64,000 nucleotides of DNA, from positions 12,363 to 76,362 of the IMG/VR virus record IMGVR_UViG_2834631226_000004; one strand, written 5' to 3'. The notes below the pieces were generated by a model. It saw only the letters and a list, made by a program, of their open reading frames with translations, searched no databases and was not told where the DNA came from. The DNA comes from a virus (Duplodnaviria > Caudoviricetes). Made by a program: the position numbers and the translations under genes. Positions 8,596-17,185 of this stretch are shown one piece after another; position 1 is the first letter of the stretch; each line of letters starts with the position of its first letter.

Positions 8596-9591
8596 ATGCC
8601 AAGCTTGAAACAATTGAAACGCGCGATCCGAAATATGTCTACGATCGACGTGGACAGTATTTCCAAAATCAGCGGAATGTCGACTTCAGTGCGCTCAATC
8701 GAACACGGGCAAGTCGCGCTGAACGACGGCATGACGACTCTAATTGATAACGTCACCAACTTGGCCGACGTTTTGAAAGCGCCAAAGTCATCCGTACTGG
8801 ATGGTCATGTTGTGTTCGACTACACCTACAAACCCGAACGCCGTGAGCTGCATAAAGGCAGTGCCGGCAAGAAGCTAATAGATATTCTTGATCAGGGTCG
8901 TAGCTTGTATCAGTCTCACTTGGCTGGAATAAATGACCTCTCAGAATGGCTAAAGAAGATCCCGACCCATGGGTCGCCAGAGGATATCACACCATATTGG
9001 ACAAACGGCTGGTTTGAAGGGCTGGATGGCGCGTCCCTCTATTACCTGATCGCTAAAAATAATCCGTCGATCTACATGGAAGTCGGATCAGGCAATTCTA
9101 CTAAATTTGTCCGCAAGGCCATAGAAGATCACGGGCTGAGGACAAAGATCGTCTCGATAGACCCTCAACCTCGCGCAGATATCGACAAGCTATGCGACCA
9201 AGTTATTCGTCAGAAATGCGAGGACGTTGATCCTTCGATTTTTACCAGATTAGGGCCTGATGATATCCTTTTCATAGACAACAGCCATCGGAGCTTTCAG
9301 GGGTCCGATGTGACTGTATTCTTTGCAGAAATACTTCCAGCGCTGCCGCGAGGAATATTGTTCGGAATTCATGATATATTCATTCCGTACGATTATCCGC
9401 CCAGCTGGTCTGATCGCTTTTATAACGAGCAGTATCTGCTGCTGGCGTATATCCACGGCGGCATGGGCGGCGGGTCAATCGAGCTCCCTGTCTGCCATCT
9501 AAGCATTTCAGGCGAAGCAGCAGAAATTCTCACTGATTCACTTGTGTCTCATACGGGTATCGATGGCGGGGCATTCTGGATGCGCCGCTAA
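8596..9591 (+). CDS. Class I SAM-dependent methyltransferase (Methyltransf_24-like) moron
   Basis: MEVGSGNST, SIDP, LFIDNSH, IHDI; lower GC; opposite strand. Confidence 0.8.
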   Translation: MPSLKQLKRAIRNMSTIDVDSISKISGMSTSVRSIEHGQVALNDGMTTLIDNVTNLADVLKAPKSSVLDGHVVFDYTYKPERRELHKGSAGKKLIDILDQGRSLYQSHLAGINDLSEWLKKIPTHGSPEDITPYWTNGWFEGLDGASLYYLIAKNNPSIYMEVGSGNSTKFVRKAIEDHGLRTKIVSIDPQPRADIDKLCDQVIRQKCEDVDPSIFTRLGPDDILFIDNSHRSFQGSDVTVFFAEILPALPRGILFGIHDIFIPYDYPPSWSDRFYNEQYLLLAYIHGGMGGGSIELPVCHLSISGEAAEILTDSLVSHTGIDGGAFWMRR

Positions 9592-9736
9592 TCGGGTTGT
9601 GAGATCAAGGAAACCAGCGATCTTTACCGCCCTCCTTTTTTGGATCTTGGCGCGGCGCGAACACCGCGCCGCTTCCTCAGGCGATTGCTGCCACCATACC
9701 AAATAGCGCTACCGGTCAATCAAAAAGCAGCTTAAT

Positions 9737-11650
9737 TCAAACATACTGCCCGCCTGTTGCAGCAGTTCCCGCAACAGTGCCAGGGAAGTAATTCGCCCCG
9801 GCACCTTCGACAATTACGCATCCGTTTCTGTGAACGAGATACGTTGCTCCTGCAACATTTGCCTTGTTTGTAAACGTACATCCGGTGGAAGTCAGGAGGC
9901 CTGTCGCCACCCCGCACCATCTCGTAACGCCAATTGGCGCAGAAATAGTGATCGTTACATTTTGGCAGATGACCTGACCAAACCCGTAGGCGTGCCAGTG
10001 GTTTACGCAGCCGCCGGCAACCGTATAATTTGCGGTTATAGAAATCGTGCCACCATTGATGGCGATAAAATGATCACCACCAAGAGCACCAGCAAAGAGA
10101 CAATTTGCGCCAAGCTGAATATCCCCGCCGTTTGCAAACAAGCAACTCCCAACGTTAAGCGCCGAAAATCTAACTCCGCCCACGTTCACGGTGAAGCCGG
10201 GACAAGAATTTACGATGCAATTGTTGTTCGTCACTTCAAGGAAACAGTTCGCTGGATTAGCCACATTTCCGCGTATAAAGACACGGTTGTTTCCAAGCAG
10301 TCTTTTAGCGACTGTTAATGACGCCGAGTGGTAACCATCCGCCATGTTGATAGTTACATCAAAACCGTTCAGGTCGAGCTTGTTTGCAATAAAATCATAC
10401 GCGTATTGCAGCGTGGCCCAAGCGCCAGCATCAGTGTTTTCAGTGCCTGCATTTGCATTATTGCCCCCTGTTCGGACATAGTAGTTCCGGTTTTCAGTCA
10501 GTATGTCGCGGATGCCGATGGCGGCTCGAACTTGAGCCACCGTCAACCGCTCAACCGGGCCTACCCCGGCGGAAACTCGACCAACAAGAGCGGGCGAGCC
10601 CATTTGTGCCGTACCGATTTCTTTACCGGTATCGCCAGAAAACTGAACGAAATCGCCAGCGATGGCATTTTCTGGGCCGACCACATCACCTACACCAGTT
10701 CCATCCGTCCCCTTGCGGGCCAGCAGCCGCCAATAGGCATTACTCTCGGTCGGCAGGGTCGGAGGCGCATTGCCCGTGGCCGGCTGAAGTGCGATCCACG
10801 TCGACCCGTTATTGAGAACAATGTCGTTCGTCTCATAGGCCGTAGCGCCGCTATATGTGCCGCGGTCAACCACGCCAGCCGTGCCAGAGCGCGCGAACAG
10901 TAGCCACTGCGTGTTCTCGGTCGTCGGAAGCGTCGGCGGCGCATTACCGGTTGTGGCTACCTTGGCGATCCACGTAGAGCCGCCGTACTGCACGATATCG
11001 CGGATCGCATAGGCCGTGCCTGCGCTGTAGTTGCCTCTCTGGTTGACACCAGCAGGGCCGACAGGACCGGTCACATATGACGGCGCGCTCCAGTCGCCCG
11101 ACGTTGCCGAGTTCTTGAAATAGAGCGCAGACCGGCCATCTCCAATGTCGATGACAAGGACAGAAAAACCAGCAGCGGCGCCATTATAAGCCGCCCTTCC
11201 CGCAAGGTTCGCCACCCATGCATCATACTGCACACCCTGAACAAGAGCCGCCTTGTTGATCGTGCTGAAGACGCCCGGGCCGATACCAATCGGAATATCG
11301 TCAGTGCCGACCGAGATTTCAGACAGGCTGTCGAGGTTGCCATTCGACAACGAAGCCAGCAGCCGGCGCATAGCCTCGACTGCCGCAATCGTTGGCGAGG
11401 TCAGCTCGACCTTGTAGGGCGCATCTGTCTGCGCAGGACCGGGCCAATCATCGGCAAGCAGCAGTTCCGTATCGCTGATGATCTGATCGATGACGATCGG
11501 ACGGCCAACATGAATTCCGAACTTGTCACCGGCCTTGATCGGGGTCAGGCCAGCAACTTCCGTCAGCCAGCCGGTGTCCGTGCCGGTGACAGTGCGAGAG
11601 CCGACAGCGACGGTTGCCGTGCCGTCGCCGTACCAGGTGGTGTTAGCCAT
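9737..11650 (-). CDS. Tail fibre/tailspike receptor-binding protein
   Basis: Two CBM-like repeats (RGxYS.GTAY..DIV..GSTWIA..PPTLPT); C-terminal beta-helix-like region. Confidence 0.8.
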   Translation of the reverse strand: MANTTWYGDGTATVAVGSRTVTGTDTGWLTEVAGLTPIKAGDKFGIHVGRPIVIDQIISDTELLLADDWPGPAQTDAPYKVELTSPTIAAVEAMRRLLASLSNGNLDSLSEISVGTDDIPIGIGPGVFSTINKAALVQGVQYDAWVANLAGRAAYNGAAAGFSVLVIDIGDGRSALYFKNSATSGDWSAPSYVTGPVGPAGVNQRGNYSAGTAYAIRDIVQYGGSTWIAKVATTGNAPPTLPTTENTQWLLFARSGTAGVVDRGTYSGATAYETNDIVLNNGSTWIALQPATGNAPPTLPTESNAYWRLLARKGTDGTGVGDVVGPENAIAGDFVQFSGDTGKEIGTAQMGSPALVGRVSAGVGPVERLTVAQVRAAIGIRDILTENRNYYVRTGGNNANAGTENTDAGAWATLQYAYDFIANKLDLNGFDVTINMADGYHSASLTVAKRLLGNNRVFIRGNVANPANCFLEVTNNNCIVNSCPGFTVNVGGVRFSALNVGSCLFANGGDIQLGANCLFAGALGGDHFIAINGGTISITANYTVAGGCVNHWHAYGFGQVICQNVTITISAPIGVTRWCGVATGLLTSTGCTFTNKANVAGATYLVHRNGCVIVEGAGANYFPGTVAGTAATGGQYV

Positions 11651-11877
11651 TATTCGGATGCTCCGTTACCGTTATCGACTGGATCGCCCGCGCCTTTTGC
11701 AAGGCGCAGATCGGCTTCAAGGCCGTTGATCTTGTCGAGGAGGGTTTTGTTTTCCTGCTTCTGCATCACGAGATGCTGACCGAGCAGCAAGGTCCGCTGC
11801 TTCAGAAATTCTTCGCGCACTTCTGCTTCCTGCAAGGCGACGAGAGCGTCGACCTGCATCTGATTGCCGGAGGCCAT
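11650..11877 (-). CDS. Small coiled-coil tail-associated protein
   Basis: Coupled ORF between tail tip and fibre. Confidence 0.6.
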   Translation of the reverse strand: MASGNQMQVDALVALQEAEVREEFLKQRTLLLGQHLVMQKQENKTLLDKINGLEADLRLAKGAGDPVDNGNGASE

Positions 11878-11880
11878 GGA

Positions 11881-14760
11881 TTACCTCTTGAATGCTTGAG
11901 CAACGATTGTGGAATTGACAGGGGTTGCCCCCTGCGGCGTTGCGGTCAGCCTGAACGTGGTTTGAGTGCGGCCGCTTGGCGGGTTGAACAGGTACGTCGT
12001 AGAGCCAAGGAGGCGCGCTGCACCGGCTGGTGGCGTCGTTTTCGAGAACACCAGGAAGGTTTCAACATCGACGGCGTCAGTGACGTTTCGAAGCGTGAAG
12101 GTCACATAAGCACCATCGGTGGATGTGCCCGAATACACCTTCCCGACCACCTCCACCTGAACTCGGGGAGAACCTGCGCCGTGAGTGAGCGTAATATCGA
12201 CAGACCCGTTTCCTGGAAGAACATCAGACGCAGCCGCGGTGATTGCTCCGGGATCGATATTCGACGTACCGACAGTTAGCGTGCCGATGTAAGCGCTCGA
12301 AATATCGACATTGCCAAGAACGGCCGAGAACGCAGAAAGGGTGTTAGCCCTGATGTCATTCGCGTAGAGGACGCCATCCTGCACCGTGAAGGGCCGCTTG
12401 ATAGTTGCCCCATCGTCGCTCGCTACAACAAATTGGCCGGCCTGAACGATCACGCGCGTTGGCAGTGCGGGGTTAGCGGGAACATCCAACAGCAACGACG
12501 CGGCACGATATGCGCCGTCATTGGCAGCGGCCGTCACGCCATACCGCGCTGCGTATCCTGATGGAGCAGCGATGGCAGCCCATGCGACATTGACGAACGC
12601 CGAACTGCCGCCCAGTGCTGCCGTTAGCGTTTCGACCTTGCCCGCGACAGCCATGGTTTCATTCACGGCAAGCTGGATATCCTCACGATATTCAGCGCGG
12701 GCCGCGCCCAACTCGACAGACAGTTCTCTGGCAAGCTTCCGCGTGTCTTTGTACGCGACCGTTGCCAGCTCCATCTGGGCGGCGATGAGGCCGTCGATGG
12801 CATCCTGCGCTGTTCGCGTGCTATTTCGCAGCCAGCCGAGGGCCTCTTCAACGCCGGTAAGGTCGACATCAACGAACACATCCTTATCAGAAAGCAGGAT
12901 ATTCGGCGTGATGACGGGAATAAACCCGGACCACAACACCGGCCTGTCGCCGCCAGGAATGTATCGACCGCGGACAACGTAGCTTTCAGCCGGAAGGAGG
13001 CTTTGCGAGATGAGCATCGAGCCAACCTGCGGCTGGTCGGTTCGGCCTTCGGAGACCTTCTCCAGCGTCGCCTGTAGTCTCACCTCGTATTCGATGCCGA
13101 TCACGTCATCGAGGCGCCCATCGCTGTTATCCCAGGTCAGCCGAATAGCCGGTCGCCGATCTTCACCGGAGCTATCCTTGACAGTGGCAGGTTCCGCAAA
13201 CCAGTCGACAATAGGCTGTGGCGTTGGACGAATGACGCCAAGCTGGCCGTCAACCGGCGGCTTGAACTCGGTATCGCTGCTCCAGTCGTAATCGGCCGGA
13301 TCCACCTCAGTGATGTCGATCATCACATCGAGGTTCGCACGATCAGCAACGCCGTCGATCCGCATCAGCTTGGCGATGTAGCCGTTGCGTTCTGACGTCC
13401 ACGAGAACACCGTTCCCGGCGTGGCGTAGGCCCAGAACTTTGGCGGCAACACAATAGTATGCCTGCGAAAGCGCCGAGCCTCCTCAAGCGCCGATTTCAT
13501 CAAGCGCTGAACCTGTTCCGGATAGGGAACGAAGTTCAGGTCGACGTCAGCCATCAGTCGGCGGTTGCCGTCGATCGCTTCAAGGTCAGTTCGATAGAGC
13601 GGCGGGGCTGTCTTGGCGACCCAGCCATCTGCCGGCGAGGGATAGTTTGCCGAAACCCCGTTGATGGTGTCAGCCAGTCCGAGGAACGGCGTGAACTCCT
13701 GCTCTTCCGTCGACAGGATATCGTCGTCCGTGAAGGCGATAACAGGAGCGTCAGGTGCACCGGAGTGGAGATAGTAGACGCCACCGACTTCCGAAATCCT
13801 GCCCTGGCAAGCCGTCAGCAACGCTTCGACGGCGGAGGTCAGAGGTGCGTCGACCTGTATTTCTCCGCCGCTGCGGTAGGTGTTCACCCAGCCGGTCGAC
13901 TCCAATGTGCCGGCGCGATGCTTCTCGATCTGCGCAATCCATGCCGCGGCAGGCAGGCGTGAAGAGGAAAGGTTCTGGAGACCATAGAACCACTGGCCGT
14001 TATAGGTGATGCCGCGCAGCAGATTGTAGATCTGCACTGCAGGCAGGAAGTCACCGTCCCCGCCCCATGTCGCTGGATCTGCAAATCGCTGCGGACCGAC
14101 ACCGCCTTGAGTGCTGTCACGCGAGATATCGTAGAGGCGCAGCCCTTCGAGCACGAACTTGAAGGACGGCACGCCCGAAAACATGTTCTTCGAGACGCGA
14201 GCGGTGACGATGGCATAAGCAACGCCGCGCCCTATACGATCCGGGTTCCACCACCTGTTGCCGTTCGACACGGACGTGAACAGGAAGCTATCCGCCGTCG
14301 TCTGCGTGCCGTCGTAGAACTTGACCCAGAGACTGTCCGGATACTCGTTGACCGAATAGCCGCGATCAGTCAGGCCGCCGAGCGTCACCAGCTCGCCATT
14401 GACCCAGACTTCAGCAAGGCCACGCACCGGCAAGTCCGACAGCGCAATGACCTGCGTCAGATAGGCGTTCGGCGTGTCACCGTCCTGCCCCCAGGTGTTG
14501 ACGAACACGAGAGAGCCAGCGGTAGCCGTGCGGCCCATTATGAATGAGCGAGGAACATCGCCGCCGCCTTGCAGTGTGCCGTTAATCGAGAACGTCGGGT
14601 CTTTCGGCTTGCCCGCAAGAGACTGGGCGAGAAGGCTAAGGCCAACGCCAACGGCGGTCTTCAGCAGGAACGCACCGACTGCGCCAAGGCCGCCAATAAA
14701 TCCAGAGACAGCCGAAATCGCGCCGCCGATCGCAGCCGCGATGCCAGAAAAGATAGCCAT
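11881..14760 (-). CDS. Tail tip/central fibre (gpJ-like)
   Basis: 959 aa, FnIII-like segments, position in tail module. Confidence 0.85.
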   Translation of the reverse strand: MAIFSGIAAAIGGAISAVSGFIGGLGAVGAFLLKTAVGVGLSLLAQSLAGKPKDPTFSINGTLQGGGDVPRSFIMGRTATAGSLVFVNTWGQDGDTPNAYLTQVIALSDLPVRGLAEVWVNGELVTLGGLTDRGYSVNEYPDSLWVKFYDGTQTTADSFLFTSVSNGNRWWNPDRIGRGVAYAIVTARVSKNMFSGVPSFKFVLEGLRLYDISRDSTQGGVGPQRFADPATWGGDGDFLPAVQIYNLLRGITYNGQWFYGLQNLSSSRLPAAAWIAQIEKHRAGTLESTGWVNTYRSGGEIQVDAPLTSAVEALLTACQGRISEVGGVYYLHSGAPDAPVIAFTDDDILSTEEQEFTPFLGLADTINGVSANYPSPADGWVAKTAPPLYRTDLEAIDGNRRLMADVDLNFVPYPEQVQRLMKSALEEARRFRRHTIVLPPKFWAYATPGTVFSWTSERNGYIAKLMRIDGVADRANLDVMIDITEVDPADYDWSSDTEFKPPVDGQLGVIRPTPQPIVDWFAEPATVKDSSGEDRRPAIRLTWDNSDGRLDDVIGIEYEVRLQATLEKVSEGRTDQPQVGSMLISQSLLPAESYVVRGRYIPGGDRPVLWSGFIPVITPNILLSDKDVFVDVDLTGVEEALGWLRNSTRTAQDAIDGLIAAQMELATVAYKDTRKLARELSVELGAARAEYREDIQLAVNETMAVAGKVETLTAALGGSSAFVNVAWAAIAAPSGYAARYGVTAAANDGAYRAASLLLDVPANPALPTRVIVQAGQFVVASDDGATIKRPFTVQDGVLYANDIRANTLSAFSAVLGNVDISSAYIGTLTVGTSNIDPGAITAAASDVLPGNGSVDITLTHGAGSPRVQVEVVGKVYSGTSTDGAYVTFTLRNVTDAVDVETFLVFSKTTPPAGAARLLGSTTYLFNPPSGRTQTTFRLTATPQGATPVNSTIVAQAFKR

Positions 14761-14818
14761 CGATTTTCCTTGGGATGCGCGTTGCGCGCGGGGCGCGGAT
14801 GGCGCCGAAGGAATGCCG

Positions 14819-15247
14819 CTAGAGCGGCTTCATGAAATGAGTTTCGACAGCGCTGTAGCCGCGCCGCTCGTAAAGGCTGGAGACGTCATTAGTTGCCAGC
14901 GAAGCCATTCCGGCCGAGACGCATCCGACCGACCGCGCCCACGTCTCATATGCGTCTAGCATCTGAATCGCGCCCCGACCGCGTGCCGCTGGCGTGACGT
15001 ACCAGACCGTCTCCTTGGCAATTCGACCAGCGCCAAAGGGATGTTCAAAGGCACAGGCCATCAGGACGCCTTGTGCGGGCTTGCCTGCGACGAGAACGCA
15101 GGCCTTGTCCGACGCCAGATGCTGCTGAAACAGCCGATCGGCGTAGGCTGCCTGAAATGGGAACGTAAACCCGGCGGCTTCATGGCTCTCACGCAGGAGC
15201 GCCACAACGCGGTCGCGGTCCTCAGCGGTAGCGAAGCGGACGTCCAT
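14819..15247 (-). CDS. GNAT-family acetyltransferase
   Basis: WYVTPAARGRGA motif A; YERRGY. Confidence 0.8.
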   Translation of the reverse strand: MDVRFATAEDRDRVVALLRESHEAAGFTFPFQAAYADRLFQQHLASDKACVLVAGKPAQGVLMACAFEHPFGAGRIAKETVWYVTPAARGRGAIQMLDAYETWARSVGCVSAGMASLATNDVSSLYERRGYSAVETHFMKPL

Positions 15248-15912
15248 CAGAAGATTCCTAAAAACTTTTTCCGCTTCGGCTGCGTGGCGACCTTGCCCTT
15301 TTCCGAGCCCCAGAAGAATTCCCACTCCGAAGACGTGTCAGCATCGGTGTAGAATGCATCTCCGGCCTGTCGCAGTACCTGCATGGCATGACTGCGCGTC
15401 GACGGGTTGGATCGCGTCATTTCCTGCGTATGGCTCGCGCAAACCATCGTAACGCTACCCTCCTCATCCTCAGAAGGTGTGTTGATCGTGATGGTGTCGA
15501 CAAACCCCACGAAGCGGCACTCCGCAGGCGCCACCATCTGGCGACTGTCCGGGTCGAAAAGTCCTCGGTAAATCTCGACGCGGGCCTGACGGCAATCGTA
15601 TTGCCGCACCAGCGTCTGGACGTGTTCACTCACCTGCGACAGGCGGATACTGACGTTCTGCACCGAAAGGTTGGCGACGAGCGGAATGTCATCGATCTGC
15701 ACCAGCGTGCCGGAGCCGTACCAATCACGGGTGACTGGCAAGCCTGTATCCGGATGGACGATGGTGGCCGACACGTTGCCTACATCCGACCACATGCCAT
15801 CAGTGACAGGCGCACCGGTTGCCCGATCGCGCGCGACAAACCAGAGGAAGTCGCGCGCCACCAGTTGCCGCACCTCAAGCGCAGCAAGGTTTTCTGCTGA
15901 TATGTTTCTCAT
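15247..15912 (-). CDS. Tail tip/hub protein (DUF2163/gpL-like)
   Basis: Position after Dit-like gene; sequence character. Confidence 0.7.
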   Translation of the reverse strand: MRNISAENLAALEVRQLVARDFLWFVARDRATGAPVTDGMWSDVGNVSATIVHPDTGLPVTRDWYGSGTLVQIDDIPLVANLSVQNVSIRLSQVSEHVQTLVRQYDCRQARVEIYRGLFDPDSRQMVAPAECRFVGFVDTITINTPSEDEEGSVTMVCASHTQEMTRSNPSTRSHAMQVLRQAGDAFYTDADTSSEWEFFWGSEKGKVATQPKRKKFLGIF

Positions 15913-15920
15913 GATACCCC

Positions 15921-16565
15921 TTAGCGGGCTTCAATCGCCTGAAACGTGACTGTGCCGCGACCCGTCGCCGTGTCAGCAGTCGTCGAGATCGAGCCTGGCA
16001 CGATCGCCATGATGCAGGACGGCTTGACCAGCGTAGCGGCGACAGGGGCCACCACACCCGGCCACAGATGCGGGCGGACCTCAAACTGCGTTGTCACGCC
16101 GCCTGCGCCGGCCGTCACAGGCTCCATCACCATATGCAGGTCTTTGTCGCCGATCTGGATGTAATCGCCGACCGTGACCTTGTAGCCAGCAGGCAAGCCC
16201 GAGAGCGAAACTGCCTTGCGATTGGCGGCGATAGTTGCCACCTGCCCCACCCCGGCGAATGCGCCGCCGGTTGGCCAACTGCCGTTCGGATACGCCACCG
16301 GGAAACAGCGAGATTTCGGAAAGGCGCGGAACGTCTTGAGCCCGTTTTCCAAGCTCGTGAGCCGCGCGCGCCAGTAATCCAGTTCGTTCGGCTTCATCGA
16401 GCGCGATTGCGCTGTCATCTGCCAGAGTGGCGAACCCATATCCTTGACGACCGTTTGGCCGCCGACAGTGCGCGACTGTTCTTGCCGCCAGAGCAGGCTG
16501 AACTCGGTCGACCAGCCTGGGAACTCGTCGAAAAACGAAGTTGGGAGCGGGTATGAAATTGTCAT
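15921..16565 (-). CDS. Distal tail protein-like
   Basis: Follows tape measure; ATG 16565 with GGAG RBS. Confidence 0.7.
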   Translation of the reverse strand: MTISYPLPTSFFDEFPGWSTEFSLLWRQEQSRTVGGQTVVKDMGSPLWQMTAQSRSMKPNELDYWRARLTSLENGLKTFRAFPKSRCFPVAYPNGSWPTGGAFAGVGQVATIAANRKAVSLSGLPAGYKVTVGDYIQIGDKDLHMVMEPVTAGAGGVTTQFEVRPHLWPGVVAPVAATLVKPSCIMAIVPGSISTTADTATGRGTVTFQAIEAR

Positions 16566-16593
16566 TGTGTCTCCGCCGTTGGGTGGCCGCAAA

Positions 16594-16618
16594 GGAACAA
16601 AGCTCGCAACCGCGCATT
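16594..16618 (+). promoter_or_regulatory. EcfG/RpoE2-type general stress promoter
   Basis: GGAAC-N16-CATT 34 nt upstream of DUF892 gene. Confidence 0.65.
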
Positions 16619-16652
16619 TCCCCCGGCGCAATCAACAACCGGAGGAAATCCC

Positions 16653-17147
16653 ATGAAATCGCTTGCAGACATTTTCGAGCACACGCTGCAGGACGTCTAC
16701 TACGCAGAGAACGCCATTACGAAGGCGCTGCCGAAGGTAGCGAAGGCCGCCCAAAGCGCCGAATTGAAGAAGGCCGCCGAGGATCATCTCGCGGAGACAA
16801 AGGACCAGATCAAAAAACTCGATCAGGTCTTTAAATCCATTGGCAAGAAAGCCTCCGGTGAAAAGTGCGACGCGATTGAAGGCTTGATCAAGGAAGCCGA
16901 CAGTCTCATGAAAGAGGCAGAAGGTACCGCGCTAGACGCCGGCCTTCTTGCTGCGTGCCAGGCAGTAGAGCACTACGAGATCGCCCGCTACGGTTCGCTG
17001 CGCGAATGGGCCAAGGATCTCGGCCACGACGAAGCGCACAAGATACTGAGCGAAATCCTCGACCAGGAAAAGGCTACGAACAACAAGCTGACTAACCTCG
17101 CCGTCACGTCAATCAATAAGACGTCGGCTGCAAAGAAAGCTGCCTAA
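16653..17147 (+). CDS. Ferritin-like DUF892 (YciE/YciF) protein, moron
   Basis: LQDVYYAE..LPK..HLAET..CDAIEGLIKE..QAVEHYEIARYGSL. Confidence 0.92.
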   Translation: MKSLADIFEHTLQDVYYAENAITKALPKVAKAAQSAELKKAAEDHLAETKDQIKKLDQVFKSIGKKASGEKCDAIEGLIKEADSLMKEAEGTALDAGLLAACQAVEHYEIARYGSLREWAKDLGHDEAHKILSEILDQEKATNNKLTNLAVTSINKTSAAKKAA

Positions 17148-17158
17148 AGCAGGTTGCC

Positions 17159-17185
17159 AAGGCCTCCCCAATCGGGAGGCCTTTC
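17159..17185. terminator. Intrinsic terminator between converging genes
   Basis: AAGGCCTCCC-CAATC-GGGAGGCCTTT. Confidence 0.7.
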
